64,000 nt of DNA from Octopus vulgaris. Taxonomy: Eukaryota. This document shows, piece after piece, positions 14,128 to 29,847 of this stretch (position 1 is its first letter; each line of letters opens with the position of its first letter). The notes under the pieces were generated by a model. The model worked only from the letters and a program-made list of their open reading frames with translations. It did not search any database and was not told where the DNA came from. The position numbers and the translations under genes were made by a program. The stretch is taken from NCBI GenBank assembly GCA_951406725.2, contig OX597825.1:4154001-4218000 (forward strand). The letters are read 5' to 3'.

Positions 14128-15921
14128 GTTCTGTGTGTGTTTGTGTGTGCGTGTTTATGTTAGAAAAAAGCGCTCTGTTAAAGCACATAATCTCATACAT
14201 ATATGCTGATGGGGTCTACAATCGGCTAAAGCATCGATTGAGAACTTCTCATACTGACCGATCAGTTTTGGCTATTTCCGTAGAATCATCAGTAGGTATT
14301 CCTTGCTCGGCTAATTCCAGGGTTAATTTTATATAAAATGTAATTCCCAATACAGTACATAATATAAAGGGATGGGACTACGTTCAGTTATGTATCATGG
14401 TTCATATCGTGATTTAGCCAGATATAGGTGATGCGTTTGCAAAACTTCATTCTCTTTCAATTTAAACGCGTCTTGAATCTGAGGTGTTATCTATTGAATA
14501 CTTGTAGACATTTCTCGAAATACATCATCCTGAATTTGTTGCCATATAACATGGATGTTTCTTGTTTGTACATAATTTTCAATTCTTTGTATTTCTTTCT
14601 GTCTGCGATAAAATATTACAAAACAGACAACTCAAGATTAATAAACATGGAATAGATATCATTGTAATGAGAGTTTAAGAACAAATGTAACCAACAAAAT
14701 TATTCCTTTTGAATTTAGTAAAGAATATATCAAAATTCTAATGCAGTGTTCTCAAAAATAAAAGATAAAAATTGCCTAATAGTGTCAAAGCAAATGTAAT
14801 TATAAAAACAATGATAGTAAAAGACTAGATAAACATCACCAGCGTGTTTACTCGCGACTTTGGTTTCAATTGTACTGTGCAGAAAATGAAGCAAAAGACT
14901 TAGAATATAGATATGGATCCTCTTTGCATTTTCCAAGAATTTCATAGGCACAAAATGTGTGGAAACATACATGTGTGCATGATGCATTTCTTTATATGTA
15001 CCTATGTATGCAGGTTAAACATGCATGTATACACACACATACGCACACATATGTATGTCTGCATGTGTGTTCGTGCCCGTCTCTCATCACTTGATAACTA
15101 ATGTTCTTCTTTTTGTGCTTCGTCCTTAACGAAATGCTCGCGGTTTGGCATGGATAAAAATAGACTGAGTACCATATATTGAATTAAGTTCTGTTGTGGA
15201 TTCCAGTCTCTAAAATCTTGATGGCAGTTCCCTATTGTGTCCGGGGTACAATAACTGTACCAAGTAAAGTATATAAAGAACAAAAAAAAGAAATAATGTA
15301 ATTAGACAAATCTCTGTAATTAATTACATTTTGCTCCCTTTCTTTCAATCATCCCAAGGAATTTTTACTTAGCTTGGGGCAGAAGTTCCTTCGTTGGTTT
15401 GTCAATAAAATAAATATTTTTTTCTACCAGAAAAAAGAAAAAGGAATGGAAATATCCCTCCATTTGAAAAATTAGATTTGAGTCCATAAATAAATAATAA
15501 ATCTGGAAGCAGCTATGGGAAATATTCGAAGATAAGCAGCGAGAACGGAAACAGTAAAAGCAGCAACGATTTTGTATCATTGCTCATATCAGCATGCTTT
15601 ATATACAAGGAGTAGAAGTGAAACTATGTTTCTCTTCATAAGCTAATTGGATTATGCTGTAATATAACACAACCTGAGATATATTGAAATATTAGATTCG
15701 CAGTGATAGAGAATATTTCGTTTCTAAAGTGTTTTGTCAGGTCCCGGCCTGCCGTATCTGATTATATTTTCGTAGGAATCTAATAAGTATATTGCATTTC
15801 CTAATATGGATATAAATGACATGGATTATATATGCATCACTATCAGAGTTTATACATTCAAATGTACATACACTTTTTTCTCTCTTCACTGAATTCAGTC
15901 ACTGGATCACGATTATCTATA

Positions 15922-16046
<125 letters not shown>

Positions 16047-16093
16047 ATCTATCTATCTACCTATCTATCTATCTATCTATATGTATCTATCTA

Positions 16094-16167
<74 letters not shown>

Positions 16168-16974
16168 AATTTGTGTTAGTGTCTATATCAGAAAATGCTA
16201 TCATACAATCCTATTCGTTTTAGTTGGTATGTTATACACAATTGAGTTAACTTCACATTATGCCGAATGTGTATACATTTTATCAATGTCCGGATATCTA
16301 GATATAAATCAAATGCTAAGTCACCGCCATCAACTGATATAGTAAGAAATGACGGGAAACAGTTCCCTCTCGTGTAAGCCTGGATTAAATATTGTACTCC
16401 ATTTCCGTATGATGTTAAACCATTTCTGAATCCAAAACTACAGTCATATATGTTAGAGTAAACTACATAAAACGGAAAAAAAACTATAATAATGAAATGA
16501 CCAATATTATCTATGTCGTAATTGTTTCCATTCTGTATGTATAAATAGCTTTGCTCGCATTTCCCTTTATTATTATGATCATAAATAAATATATATATAT
16601 ATATATATGCATAAAATTAAGTAAACACATGCAGATAAAGCTATCAATAAGAATGTTACACACTTATATAGGAACACAAATGGAAGAATTATCCTCATGA
16701 TCTTTGGCGGTATCCATACTGAGAAGGTTTTAGAATACGAAGCAAAATGACTTGTGTTCACATTTTATGGAAAAGGATCTGAAAAATTCCACCCAGCCAC
16801 AAAAAATTCATGTTGGCATTGAATCATAGAATCTGGATGCTTGTTCTATACGATATATTATATACGCACATGGAATATATCACACATATACGCGCTCACA
16901 CACACGCACAAAAGCCCGACGCAATATCACAGCAATATCACACACAAAGGCCCGGCGCGTACGCACAGATGTAG

Positions 16975-17220
16975 ACTTGGCTGTGTTGCAAGAAGCTTGC
17001 TTCCCAACCACCAATGTCTTCTATTATTACCTCGGCTCCAATGAAACGTTTTTGAATTTGGTAAACAGGAACTGAAAAAAAAAACACCTATATATATATA
17101 TATATATATATATATGAGTGACTGTTTGTGTGTATCACTGTGACTATGTCTGTCCCCCAACATCTCTAGACAACCAGTGTTCGTATTTACGTTTCCTAAA
17201 TATGCAACCTCGGCAAAAAT
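16975..17220 (+). mobile_element. Degenerate SINE family A
   Basis: TGGCTGTGTTGCAAGAAGCTTGCTTCCCAACCAC head, internal (TA)n, then a TGTCCCCCAACATC...GACAACC body. Confidence 0.5.
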
Positions 17221-19669
17221 TATATATAAAATATGTATATATAAATGCATATATATGTATACAAACATATTACTATGCCATACGCTTCTAACATTTTCTT
17301 CTTGACCTTATGTATATTGAGTTCTACTCCAAGTTATTACCCCCGCTATGTCTAAGCAGATAATTAACGTATGTGTGTGTGTGTATTATAAACTATATCT
17401 TGTGGGACGTGAGTTTGAATCGACCGCAGATACGACAGATATCACTATTGGATATAGTGATATCGTGATATCTCGTATTCCATCACGCCTTAGTTACTAT
17501 GTGTATAGAAGGATATCTTTATGCCATGGTATCTTACTAACCTGATGGATTGTTTGTCTTTCCTGTATTTTTCAGTCACCGCATAGATACTGAGTGACTG
17601 TCTCTATTTTGTAAGAAAGCAGTTCACGCTTTGTGTTTGTGATTACTCCAATAATAATAGTACAAGCTCTGGTTTAGTATTGATTGTTTGTATGTATAAC
17701 CAATTAAGTAAGCTATAGTTCCTTGGCGTGCTGGTTAAGCTATCAAACAATCAAGACTAACCATCACCTGATTGTTTAACCAGCGCATTAAGCAAACAGT
17801 AGTTGAGTTATTTGGTAAGGTAGTTAACGAATTCTCTAACAAAAAAAAAGTGGTATTGTACCAGTTTGTGTTTTGTTTTCAATGGCAAAATCGCCCTTCC
17901 AAGATCCAACTGGATTTGTTTCAACTCACAAATTCATATAAAAAATGTTGTCGAACCAAATACAAAACCGAATTAAAATCAAAATCACTGGTTCGATTTG
18001 TGCCACCAAGTGTTACCTCTTGATCTTGGAATTCATATGCCTTGCATCTGAGTTACATTTTTGCCCTCTTGGAATTTCTTCCAATTTAGTTTCGAAGGCT
18101 CTGAAATGTGTCATCTATATTATATATACTGATTTCTCCTTAATCCATCAGGGAATCAGTGTAAAAAAGCACATTCTACGAAACTGCTAATGGAGTTTTG
18201 ATTTCTCTGCGTTGTATTTTATGGGCTAACGCATTTTCTTATCGGCTTAATTCATGAATCTTTCCACGGGATTTCGTTTCATTGTCAGTTTTTCCTATAA
18301 TTTAACAAAGTGAGAAGCATATTGCTAAATTCACACTGTATATTGTATTCGATATTTCTTTAATCATTTTGTCGTGGATTATGATATAGAAAACAATTCA
18401 TTAACACTCGGCCAAATATTCATTAGGATACGAGTAAAATTAGATTTCGCAAGGCTCCTTGATCTTCCAGAATTTGATATTTAATTTCCTCACAGGTCAC
18501 ATAGTATATCTACAGGTGCTTATATCATCAGCCCAGGGCTAAATATAAAATGTTAGAATTAACAACCAAATCATCATATTCCGGCATAAAACTCTTTTCT
18601 TTGATAACGAAGACATATACTCAGGCATGTCACGACTGAGACTCCATTATTCCCACCATTTGTTTGCTACAGCTGTTTCATACACAAAACATTTGTTTAA
18701 CCACGTTAACTTCACAAACATTCACTTAACATGCCACAAAAGTATTCTCTGCACTTGGCACTCTCATGGAATTAGCGAATGAATTTCCAATTTTCTTCAT
18801 TCATTTTATTAGTTTTTATGTTATTTTTGTTATCTTTAACACACTGCAAGAACATTCTTCATTGGAACACGTGCGTTGTTGATTTTTTCTCGCCATTGAT
18901 ATTTCTTTATTCAACAGCATTAATTTGGTCCGTCTTCTAATATTTATAACAATAATGGAACTATCACGCTCTAAACAACATTTCATAAATACACATGCGT
19001 ATATACGCATGGATGTGCATGAAATACCGTATATACATATTGATACGCATTGATATCTAAAATTTGAAGTTTATTCTCATCAATACAAACCATTATATAA
19101 ACAAATTAACAAGATTTTGGATTAAAGACTGGGCCTAAATAAATTTGTCATTCATTTACTACGAGTAGTTGGAAAATGAAACAGTCAAAATAATACGTAA
19201 AGCCGTTTAATGTGTCCTTTGTGTATTTATCAACACACACACGCACACGCATATCAGCTACCTCATTTTTTTTTATATGGTATGACTATCCGTGTAGGAT
19301 AATTTGCAGCAGGAAATACTTAGTGAATGGTTTTCGTTTACTTTATTCTAACCACACGGTACAGTTTCAACAAACGAGTCTCTCTTCATTCCTCTCTCAC
19401 ATATCCATGTGCAAATATACTTGGATCTGTACATTCTGCTTGTGCGATTAATTCAATGAAATTTTAGCAAAATAACACATCTTCCGTGTTTGAGATTTTG
19501 AATAAATATGTCCATTTAGAAATAAGTTCTTTTCACGTTTAAGCTGCATCGTAAGAATACCAAATATGGTAGCGTAATTACACCTAGACTCATATATGGG
19601 GCAGCATATGTGATGGGAATGATAAAGTACATTTTTGTTGATTCTATATATATTGGATCTATAAACTAA

Positions 19670-19732
<63 letters not shown>

Positions 19733-19946
19733 ATGAGTGCTAAAATATAGACATGAATAAACGTATATGTTTTTATGTATATATGCTTATATGATTGTGT
19801 ATGTGCACGCGAATCTCAAGTGTGCTTATATATGCTCATTTAAGAACACACTTGTAATAAGGCGTCTATTCAGGCTTATTTCCATTCCTTTCGTTTCTCC
19901 TTATGTATGTGTTTTTTGTGTCCGTCTGATTGTGTGTGTACGCGTG

Positions 19947-19983
<37 letters not shown>

Positions 19984-20202
19984 TTGCTTGTGTGTAGCTT
20001 TGTTCCTATATGTGTGTGAATGTAAATGTGTTTCTGCCAATAGAGATTTGTAAATGTACGAAGAATTTTTCACCTCAGAAATATGTATACAAGTTCCCTT
20101 CAGATAGATGGTCTGTCATTTTACATAATTCCCATAGCCATAAACACACTCTCTATTTCCATGTATTTTTCTGTTCTTTCACTCAAACAATATCTCTTGA
20201 TT

Positions 20203-20275
<73 letters not shown>

Positions 20276-21606
20276 TACTCTCTTTCTTCAATTTATATTT
20301 CTCGTATATTCACTGTACAGCAATCACCGTCTCCTAATTCTTGTTTTGTTTCTCTCTTGTTTTGCTTTCTCTTTTCATACGAAACCAATGATACTTGTTT
20401 AATGAGAAGCATAGCTATCTCTTAGCATTGAGATATTGTAGAACAGAAAATCGCTTACGGGCAGAACACGAATACGAGGACAAACAAATTGACAATTCTG
20501 AGTAATATGGAAGAATTACCATTAATGCCTACACAAACATATCTCAACTGTCAATAATAGCACTCCATTACCATCCATTATAAAACAATTCCTTCATAGA
20601 AATTCCTCGCATTCATTTCTCTGTTCATCCTACATAATATATTGAAAATAGAGGGAAAAAGTGCATTGAATAAAGTCGAGAACTGAGCCTGGCAGTACAG
20701 CTTTTTGAAAGAATATATAATCTAAAAAAATGGTCTTAATAATAAAATATATGTATATTCTGAAGAAATAATCAATTATAATTCTTGTAGTGATTATATT
20801 AGTATTATTATCATTGCCGTTGTTGATGTTGTGTTGGAGGAGGAGGAGGTGGTGTTGGTGGTGGTAGTGGTATTGGCGGTGTTGGTGTTTGTTGTTATTG
20901 TTATTATTGATTTTATTGCTGAGGCGGTTGCTAGTTGCAGCATCTGTAACGTTCGTCAGTGTCACTGGTTTTACTGCAGCTAAAGCTGACATCGAATTGC
21001 AGTGTTGTTTTCCAACGTGATACAAGATGACAGGAAAAGGTTCATTCAACTTAAAACATTTTTACTTTTGATGCTAGAGCCACTAAAGTGCTCTTAAAGG
21101 TCGTGTAGTCCTGTCATTTCCATCCATTTACAGTTGGACATTTGAGTTTTTTTTCATTTTTTGTATGTCCTCAGAGAACGGCATGAAATATTTTGCCAAA
21201 TAATTTCTCTAACGCACGATGTAACGGTATTTGTTTCACAAAAGATATTTGTTTATCCTATGCTAAAATTCTTTAAAAATTAATGGAATCAGTTCCCTGT
21301 CAGATCACCAGATCTATGGAGGTAATTTATAAATATTGGTTTTAAAATATGATCGGGCGTATTAAGTTATGGTACGATTATTGGGCTGAGTAAAATGATG
21401 TGTTTATTTGGATGTGCTTATATACATATGTGTGTGTGTTTGTATATGCATGTGTGTGCATGTACATACAACGCATATATATGTGTATTTATCTGTATAT
21501 GTATTATACACACACAAACATATATATATATATGTGTGTGTGTGTGCATGTGCGTATGGGGTACGTGAGGATGTATCTATCTATCTATCTAACTACATAT
21601 ATATAT

Positions 21607-22258
<652 letters not shown>

Positions 22259-22882
22259 CTTTACGGGAGACGTATTGAATATGCAAATAAAACTGCTAAA
22301 CCAAGATGCCGACCACGGTCTGGTGATGCTGACTGGTGAACCAGTATTTGGGTGTGGCATCGACCTGCACCGATATAATTTCGGATAAATATTGTAACAA
22401 TAACAATAATCCTTAGATGGGATTTACAAACATATATTTTGTTGCTACGCGCGTTTCCATAATTTACGTGTAGATTACGATAGCAATGTGAATTACTGGG
22501 ATGATTATAGTGTAGTCCATTGTATCCGTTTGTGTATCTTCAAAAGCGGAGCTAACAAATATATTTAACCATGATGTTCATTATTAGCGACCTAAAATTA
22601 GTCGGAAATTCTACTCATGTCTCCGAAGCAATTTTGTTTTTTACCTGTGTTCTCATTTATTCTGCTGTCTTCAAAATCATTTGGACGAAAAGAAATATCA
22701 ATTCTGTAGACGAGGTACTGGGGGTGTACTTTTCTTCACGGACAAGTGAATTTTAGAAGCCTACCAGATACATGGAAATGAATTGTAGAAATTGAATAAG
22801 AGCATATTTTAGAGTAAAAAAGGATTTTGTTCATACAAATTTTCCAAATTAGAAGTATAAAAAACACATTATTTATGGGATG

Positions 22883-22954
<72 letters not shown>

Positions 22955-23110
22955 CTTAAAAATTGTATGATAGATTGCCGTTTGTGTCTGCCTTCCAATT
23001 GCTGTTTTTACTGAGATCTCCCTTTTTAGTAGAAGAAATAGCTATAACTCTTTGACTGCTATTTCTAAATTCGGTATGTGGTAAGGCAATTCGTTGCCAA
23101 ACCCTTTATG

Positions 23111-23158
<48 letters not shown>

Positions 23159-23199
23159 TGCGTTTGTGTATATGTGTTTATGTATATATATAAACTTGC

Positions 23200-23390
23200 A
23201 TATAAGGGACGAAAGTGTACGTACGACGCTATATATTTATATATAAAAATTACAATAATGGGACAAGAAGGCAAAATATCCAGGTAGACGATACAAAGCA
23301 AACAAGGATGGGTCATGCGGAGTATTCTTTCCTCAGTCGAGTACCAGATTATCTTTGCAATTTCGGCTAGTTATACTTGAAATTGCTCCA
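23200..23390 (-). repeat. Dispersed repeat, related to 63541-63660 (+)
   Basis: Both contain GGTACTYGACTGAGGAAAGAA...TTGTATCGTCTA...TTGTCC. Confidence 0.55.
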
Positions 23391-23420
23391 TACATATTTA
23401 TGTGTGTGTATGTATGTATA

Positions 23421-23468
<48 letters not shown>

Positions 23469-23477
<9 letters not shown>

Positions 23478-24111
23478 TCACAATAAAGGTGAAAAAAATT
23501 GAATATTAATTAATAACATCAATTTAGAACACAAAGTGGCCTAGCGAAAAAAACTAGGATACAGTAAAAATTATTAATACAAGTAATAAGAGAGAGACCA
23601 CAGGTGGTCACTCTAACGCTAGAAATAGATATATCAAAAATATAATTTGCTGAACCGAACGCCAAAATCCATACGAAGCCAAGCAAAGGCGAACGGCACA
23701 GCCGATTATATTTGCAGTTACGTTCAAATATCCTCATTCTCGGCGCGTTGAAAATACCGGATGTAAATACTACCCCAGTAATTTACTGCCGGTTTGAGAA
23801 CATATTAATTTATAATTAAAATCACAAAAAGGGTGAAAAAAATTAAATATTAATTAATAACATCAATTTAGAAGACCAAGTGGCCTAGCAAAAAAAACTG
23901 GGATACAGTAAAAATTATTAATACAAGTAATAAGAAAGAGACCACATGTGGTCACTCTAACGCTAGAAATAGATCGTTATTTTTCATTTGTCCTGCCCGC
24001 TTGTCCTGTCGTGTTGAATTAATGCTTGAGAACAATTCTTTAGTGGTGAATTCCCTTTGCGGATCTATTTCTAGCGTTAGAGTGACCACATGTGGTCTCT
24101 TTCTTATTACT

Positions 24112-24116
<5 letters not shown>
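23469..24116. repeat. Tandem plus inverted cassette in (TA)n; probable Penelope-type pseudo-LTR array
   Basis: ~162-bp direct repeats at 23469-23630 and 23813-23974; the last 55 bp (23921-23975) are perfectly inverted at 24062-24116. Confidence 0.85.
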
Positions 24117-24171
<55 letters not shown>

Positions 24172-24199
24172 TATGTATATATATATATATGTATACGTG

Positions 24200-24237
<38 letters not shown>

Positions 24238-24706
24238 TACATGTGTGCGTGTGTGTATGTCTGTGAGTTTTCAATATGCGATTAGTGTTGCCTCCTTTTG
24301 AACTAGAAATGTTTCAAACTGCACCGTTTAATTATCACAGATTACATGCACTGAAGCTGTGAATTACAGAAATTATTATAAGTTGATTTGAAATTCTTTC
24401 ATAAACTTCCATTATTGGGTTTCATTATTAAATCTTGAAAGCAACGCCACTCATCTGTCCACAAGACCCAGTAATAAACCCATAGTGTATTCTGTTAGTA
24501 TGTTTAATTCTCATTATATTATATGGCTTAAGTTAATATACTGCACTATTTAATATATACCAATAGCTGCTGAATATTGATTCATTTACCTCGCATAGTT
24601 CATGTAATACACGTTCTATCCCAGGATATAAAAGCGATATAAATGATAAATTAAAGATTTTTTAAATATTCGTTAGACCTAAGATTATAGATTCGCCTTT
24701 CTTTAA

Positions 24707-25455
24707 CCTACCGCAGGTGCATGGGATGCAGTACACGCAGTCTTTGTCATATTCTCTTCTATTGGTTGTTTTATCGAAGTAGATATTTGCGCAGTGTTGT
24801 ACTACTCTTGAATACCGTCCTTAAGTCATCTGGGCTGCATATCCTTCGTATCTTTTCGGAGAGGCTTTTCACATAGGGTAGACAAACTGTGGACAGTTTA
24901 TCAGTTTCATCCTCTCTCTTCTTCATAATTGGAGTGGAGAGTATGATTTTGGTATAGTTGGTCCTTAATAGATTGTTACTGAGTTTGATCATTTCTTAGT
25001 GGTGGGTATCACGATCGCTACTTATATTCGTTGGTCGATGTTTTAGGCACTTAGTAATCCCTCTCTTTACACCGTATGGATAGTGGGAGTTGAAGTTGAG
25101 GTATCGTCCAGTGAAGGTCGGCTGGCGGTATACACATGTCCTGAATCCATATTTGGTGCGTGTTATTAGTACGTCCAGAAATGCTAGCTGATTGTCTTTT
25201 TCTTCTTCATTGTGAACTGTATGGATGTATTTATTGAGTCCACGTGATCTATCAGCACTTGGACATCTTCCTTATGCGGCCAGGGTATGAAGGTGTCATC
25301 AACATATCGCAGCCATAGGGTTGGTTTTAGTAGTGTTGATCCTAAAGCCAAATTATCAAAGTATTCCATGTATATATTGGTTATTATCGGTGATAATGGC
25401 GAACCCACAGCTAAACCGTCTTCCTGTCGATATATATATCAGTGTCCAAATCTGA
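24707..25455 (-). pseudogene. Penelope-like element RT/thumb and start of GIY-YIG (disrupted)
   Basis: IYRQEDGLAVGSPLSPIITNIYME, WLRYVDDTF, IQFTM, LAFLDVLI, VYRQPTFTGRYLNFNSHYP, LPYVKSLSEKIRRI and DCVYCIPCTCGR are characteristic PLE motifs; frameshifts and stops present. Confidence 0.92.
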
Positions 25456-25479
25456 TCGAGATATATCAGTGTCCACATC

Positions 25480-26085
25480 CGAGGAGATCACAAAAGGGAC
25501 AGAGGGAACTGTTCTGACTGCCACAAGTTTTGTTGAAAATAAGAGTCAAAATAACTCTTTCTGATTTTGATGTAGACCATCTTCATTCTCATCGGCGGCT
25601 CTTAACGCCTAGGGTTAAACCCATCCACCGTTGTCAGTCTAATAAAAAAAAAACCATTGAAAATAAAACGCTAAAAAGTGTAAGCAATTAATTAAAATTA
25701 AACTAAAGAGAGTGGCTTATTAGTAATTAGAAACTAAAGGCAAAATTAATAGAGGTCACAGAGGCTACTGACAAATAAAGCACACCTTTGAATTGTTTTT
25801 ATTTGTTGTTTACACTTTTGCCGTTTTGAAAATCAGAACATATTATTGTACGGTTTTTCATACACGACTGACAGAGGCAGCTGAATTCAACTGTAGGCTT
25901 TAAGAGACGCTGATGAGGATTAAAAGATGCTCTACATGAAAATCCGAAATCATGAATTAGCTATGTACGATGGGGTCTCATGTCCCTTTGTCAGTCATTT
26001 AGACAATGATTTTGTGGCTGTTGAGATATTGTAACACGTAACTTTAGCAAAATCTAGTCAGTGCCCTCTGACACTTTTGTGAACC
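25480..26085. repeat. Diverged inverted pseudo-LTR pair next to the Penelope RT, each with a hammerhead-like core
   Basis: Reverse complement of 25557-25640 (GACTGACAACGG...TAGGCGTTAAGAGCCGCCGATGAGAATGAAGATGGTCTACATCAAAATCAGAAA) aligns with 25867-25949 (GACTGACAGAGG...TAGGCTTTAAGAGACGCTGATGAGGATTAAAAGATGCTCTACATGAAAATCCGAAA). The distal CAGTKCCCTCTGWCMCTTTTGTGA motif is also mirrored. Confidence 0.7.
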
Positions 26086-26099
26086 GTATTAATTTTGCC

Positions 26100-26168
<69 letters not shown>

Positions 26169-27486
26169 ATATATATATACTTATATATATATATACAGCA
26201 AAATTAACAACAAAATTAAGGGTAAATGGGTAAATGTTTTTTTAATTTTCTCCTTGTTTACGGAATTAATACATTTTTGCGGTTGAAGCCTTAGCTGCTA
26301 TTTCTAGTGGGTTGAACGGCCTATTATGGCCGTTCCTTAATTTTGCTGTTGAATTTATTAATAGTCTTTGACTATTTCCTTTTTCCCACTAGACCGCTGG
26401 TGGCAAATAATTTCTGCTGAATTTTTTGCTACCCTATATTGATTAATTATATATATATACATGTATATGTACATGTCGGTGTGTTTTAAACAAATATCAA
26501 CATGACTGGAACAAATATTGCAAATATTCCCAAAGAGTCTTGATATCACCCAAGGAGTGGAATAATGAATAACGTTATTCGTATTCTAAATGTAAATTGA
26601 ACAAGTTTCTGTTATTTTTGGGGTATTTTTCTAAGAAATGGTAACAATATTGCTTTTTAATTATCAATTTATATTTCGACCAATGGGAAGCATTTCCGTG
26701 TTGTACATGCACTAGATATCATTGTTGTAGGATTTCTCTGTACGATAATATTAATACATAAAATAGAATTGAAAGTACCGTCCTAAGATTATTTTAAAAG
26801 CACAGCGACGTAGCTTTTACAATTACTGTATAAATATATATTTAGGAAATGTACGCGGAAGCATACCGTGGATTTTATACTGTGTCATCTCTGAGCTGCT
26901 TACAGTTGCTGATAAATTCCACCCAAAACATATTCGGTTGTCTGAAAGCATTTAAGGACACCTTTTATTCAATTACAAAGTGTAGTCATAACACTGCCTG
27001 AACAAGGGTGACATGGGAATTATGGATAAAATGCTTTATATCTAAATTTGATGGAGATATGTCCGGCAAATAAATATTTGTTGAACTCAATGTAAAATGT
27101 TTCGCTAGATTAATTCATTGAAGAAACAAATTGAATATTCGCATGAATTAAAGTATAATATGAATCGTGATGCATGTAAATGTTGTGAAATTTGAATGAA
27201 TTAATGATCGACGAATGACGTGAAAGAAAATATTTAAAATATTTCTCGTGATTTCAAATGTGACCTAAATATTTTGTTTTATATTTGAGCACCAATATGT
27301 TAAATGTAGTAAACACACAAGTATGAAAAAAAATCATTAATAAAGATGTAACAAAAAATTGAAAAGATTCTCTATTAACTACCGCATAAAATACAAAAGA
27401 AAGCCGAACTGTACATCATGCAAATGAAAAAGCGTCTAAGCTGCAGACATACTAATTTTAATTACAAAAGATATCGAAGACTACAT

Positions 27487-27710
27487 TACGAGACGGTGAT
27501 GAAGAGTTCCTGGCTTTGGGTAAAAGAGAATACAGGAGGATGAATTAATTTCGATTTTATTCAACATCTCCCCCTCTTAGATTCACACACACATTGCAGC
27601 AGTGCTTCTGCTGTTCTAACGACTATAAAAGAACACAGAGGAGGTTTGGACTCTCACCAGGTGTTTCGTGATACGCTCAAAGCCAACATTTCCCAGCACC
27701 TTGCTCGTGT
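27487..27710. mobile_element. Mariner-type MITE, degenerate TIRs
   Basis: Left TACGAGACGGTGATGAAGAGTTCCTGGCTTTG and right CAAAGCCAACATTTCCCAGCACCTTGCTCGT are imperfect inverted termini starting TACGAG, typical of mariner. Confidence 0.65.
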
Positions 27711-28353
27711 ATGAAATTTCTTTTTATGACCACATATCAGTAGAGAAATTTATGTCAGATATCAGCACACATCAAGGCAAATGAATGAGTCCTGCCCAGT
27801 CGGTCCACTCTCAAAAATGCTCTCATTTAGAGAACATGTGGTTAATATTCACTCGCTACAAAATAAACTATCGCGTCTTATTTAAAATTACAAAATACTA
27901 ATGGTTAATATGTAAGGAAAACGATACACCGGTTTGTTGTTTTGTCGACAATATAAATAATTCGAGCATTGAAATGCATTTATTTCTCAGATTCAATAAT
28001 TTATAAGAGATGAATGCAGCATAATATGAACGTCTTTTTCCTTAAAACAAGGTGTCTAGTATAGACAGTAATACACTTCATCAATTATTTATTGAAATTT
28101 TGTGTAAAGTTTCAAAGTATGCTAATTCTGAGATTAAAAGAAAGCACTAGCGCAAGAAATGTGTCTGTAAGTACAAATAAAACTATATACATATATTTGC
28201 AGGTACGTATGTGTGTATATATATATGTGTGTATAGATGTGTGTGCATAAATATAAATATGTGTGTATGTATGCATAATGCGTAACTATAGATATATACA
28301 GACTACGAGAGAAACAGACAGATAAATAGACACGGGTAAAAGTAAACACATCA

Positions 28354-28468
<115 letters not shown>

Positions 28469-29070
28469 TATATATATGTACATATACACGCTCCACACCC
28501 GCAAAGAAGCATACACACACCTAAACGCAAAACCGACAATTAAACACATACACATACATACATATTACACATACATTAGCGATTTCACAATAGTAGTCAC
28601 TTTGAAGTGCAAAATATTTATACGAGCACGAATACATTTTGCATATAATTCGGTCATAAGTATGATGATTATGGCATTCTATAACAATCTTATCATGTTA
28701 GAATTTTTATTCTAGAGAATATATGAGCTTACGTGGAATTATATAGGAAATAATGGCTTCAGCACACTCAACTACATTTGACAGTTATATAAACAGAGAT
28801 ATTAAAATGGCCAATGATATTCATAGCTAATTGTAAATATTTATTATTCATGAAATATTGTAAAGCAGAGGAAATGTAGGCTCTATCGAATGATCGTTTC
28901 TGAGAGGTTTTCTTAATAATATGATTACGAGGCCAACACACACACACACATACACACACATCCACGCACACATACTTACACACACGCGCGCGCGCACACA
29001 TTATATAAATACACACATATATATATATACATATATATGTGTGTGTAGGAGGGTTGATATACACACACAT

Positions 29071-29133
<63 letters not shown>

Positions 29134-29151
29134 ATGTGTGTGTGTAGGAGT

Positions 29152-29770
29152 GTAGGAGGGTTGACTTCAAGGTTCATAGGCTGACCAAGATACTTTGAAG
29201 CAGTATGACCAAATATGTTTTGTTTCTAAACTTTGTCCTCCTTTCTGTTCCCACATTTCCTTCGTCGATGTAGCAGTGCTTGGATCTCATTGGTGAGGAA
29301 GTTCTTCATCGACAACAGATGGGTTACATTTATAACCGCAATACTTGTTTCAGCGATCTGTGTTCTTCATGACAATAGTGAGTCAAGGACCAAATCACGA
29401 TTAGAGGCAATTTGCTAAACCAGCGGCCTTGGAATCGAAGTATTTGTGTGGTGATTATCCTGAAGAATCAAGTCCACATCCCTCTGTTTTTCTGAATGTC
29501 TCTTCGCGACCGGAAAATGGCATGGTACATTCTGTTGGTATTGTGACTGTTTTGAAGATTGGCAACCAACACAATGCCTTTTGCATTCCCCCAAAAACTG
29601 AGAACATCAACTTCCGTTCAAATTCGAAAATTTTGCATTAGTTTCGTGTAGGTGAGGAAAGAGATTCCATTGCATCCATTGCCTCTTTGATTCAGGGTGA
29701 CGAATCCAACAATCATTCTACGTTAGGAAATTTTGTAGGAAACCATACGGATGTGTCTCAAACAATGTGA
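29152..29770 (-). mobile_element. Highly degraded mariner-like transposon relic
   Basis: Terminus GAGGGTTGACTTCAAGGTTCATAGGCTGACCAAGA resembles a mariner TIR; interior is moderately GC-rich with no intact frame. Confidence 0.45.
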
Positions 29771-29782
29771 AAGTTTTATATG

Positions 29783-29847
<65 letters not shown>

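Noticed and set aside
14262-14300. Minus-strand CTGATGA-TTCTACG-GAAATAG hammerhead-like string
   Set aside because: No convincing helix II, helix I or cleavage triplet.
18450-18730. Two eroded hammerhead-like strings on the minus strand (GAAACAGCTGTA; GCTGATGATAT)
   Set aside because: Probably an old pseudo-LTR, but each lacks half of the core, so not called.
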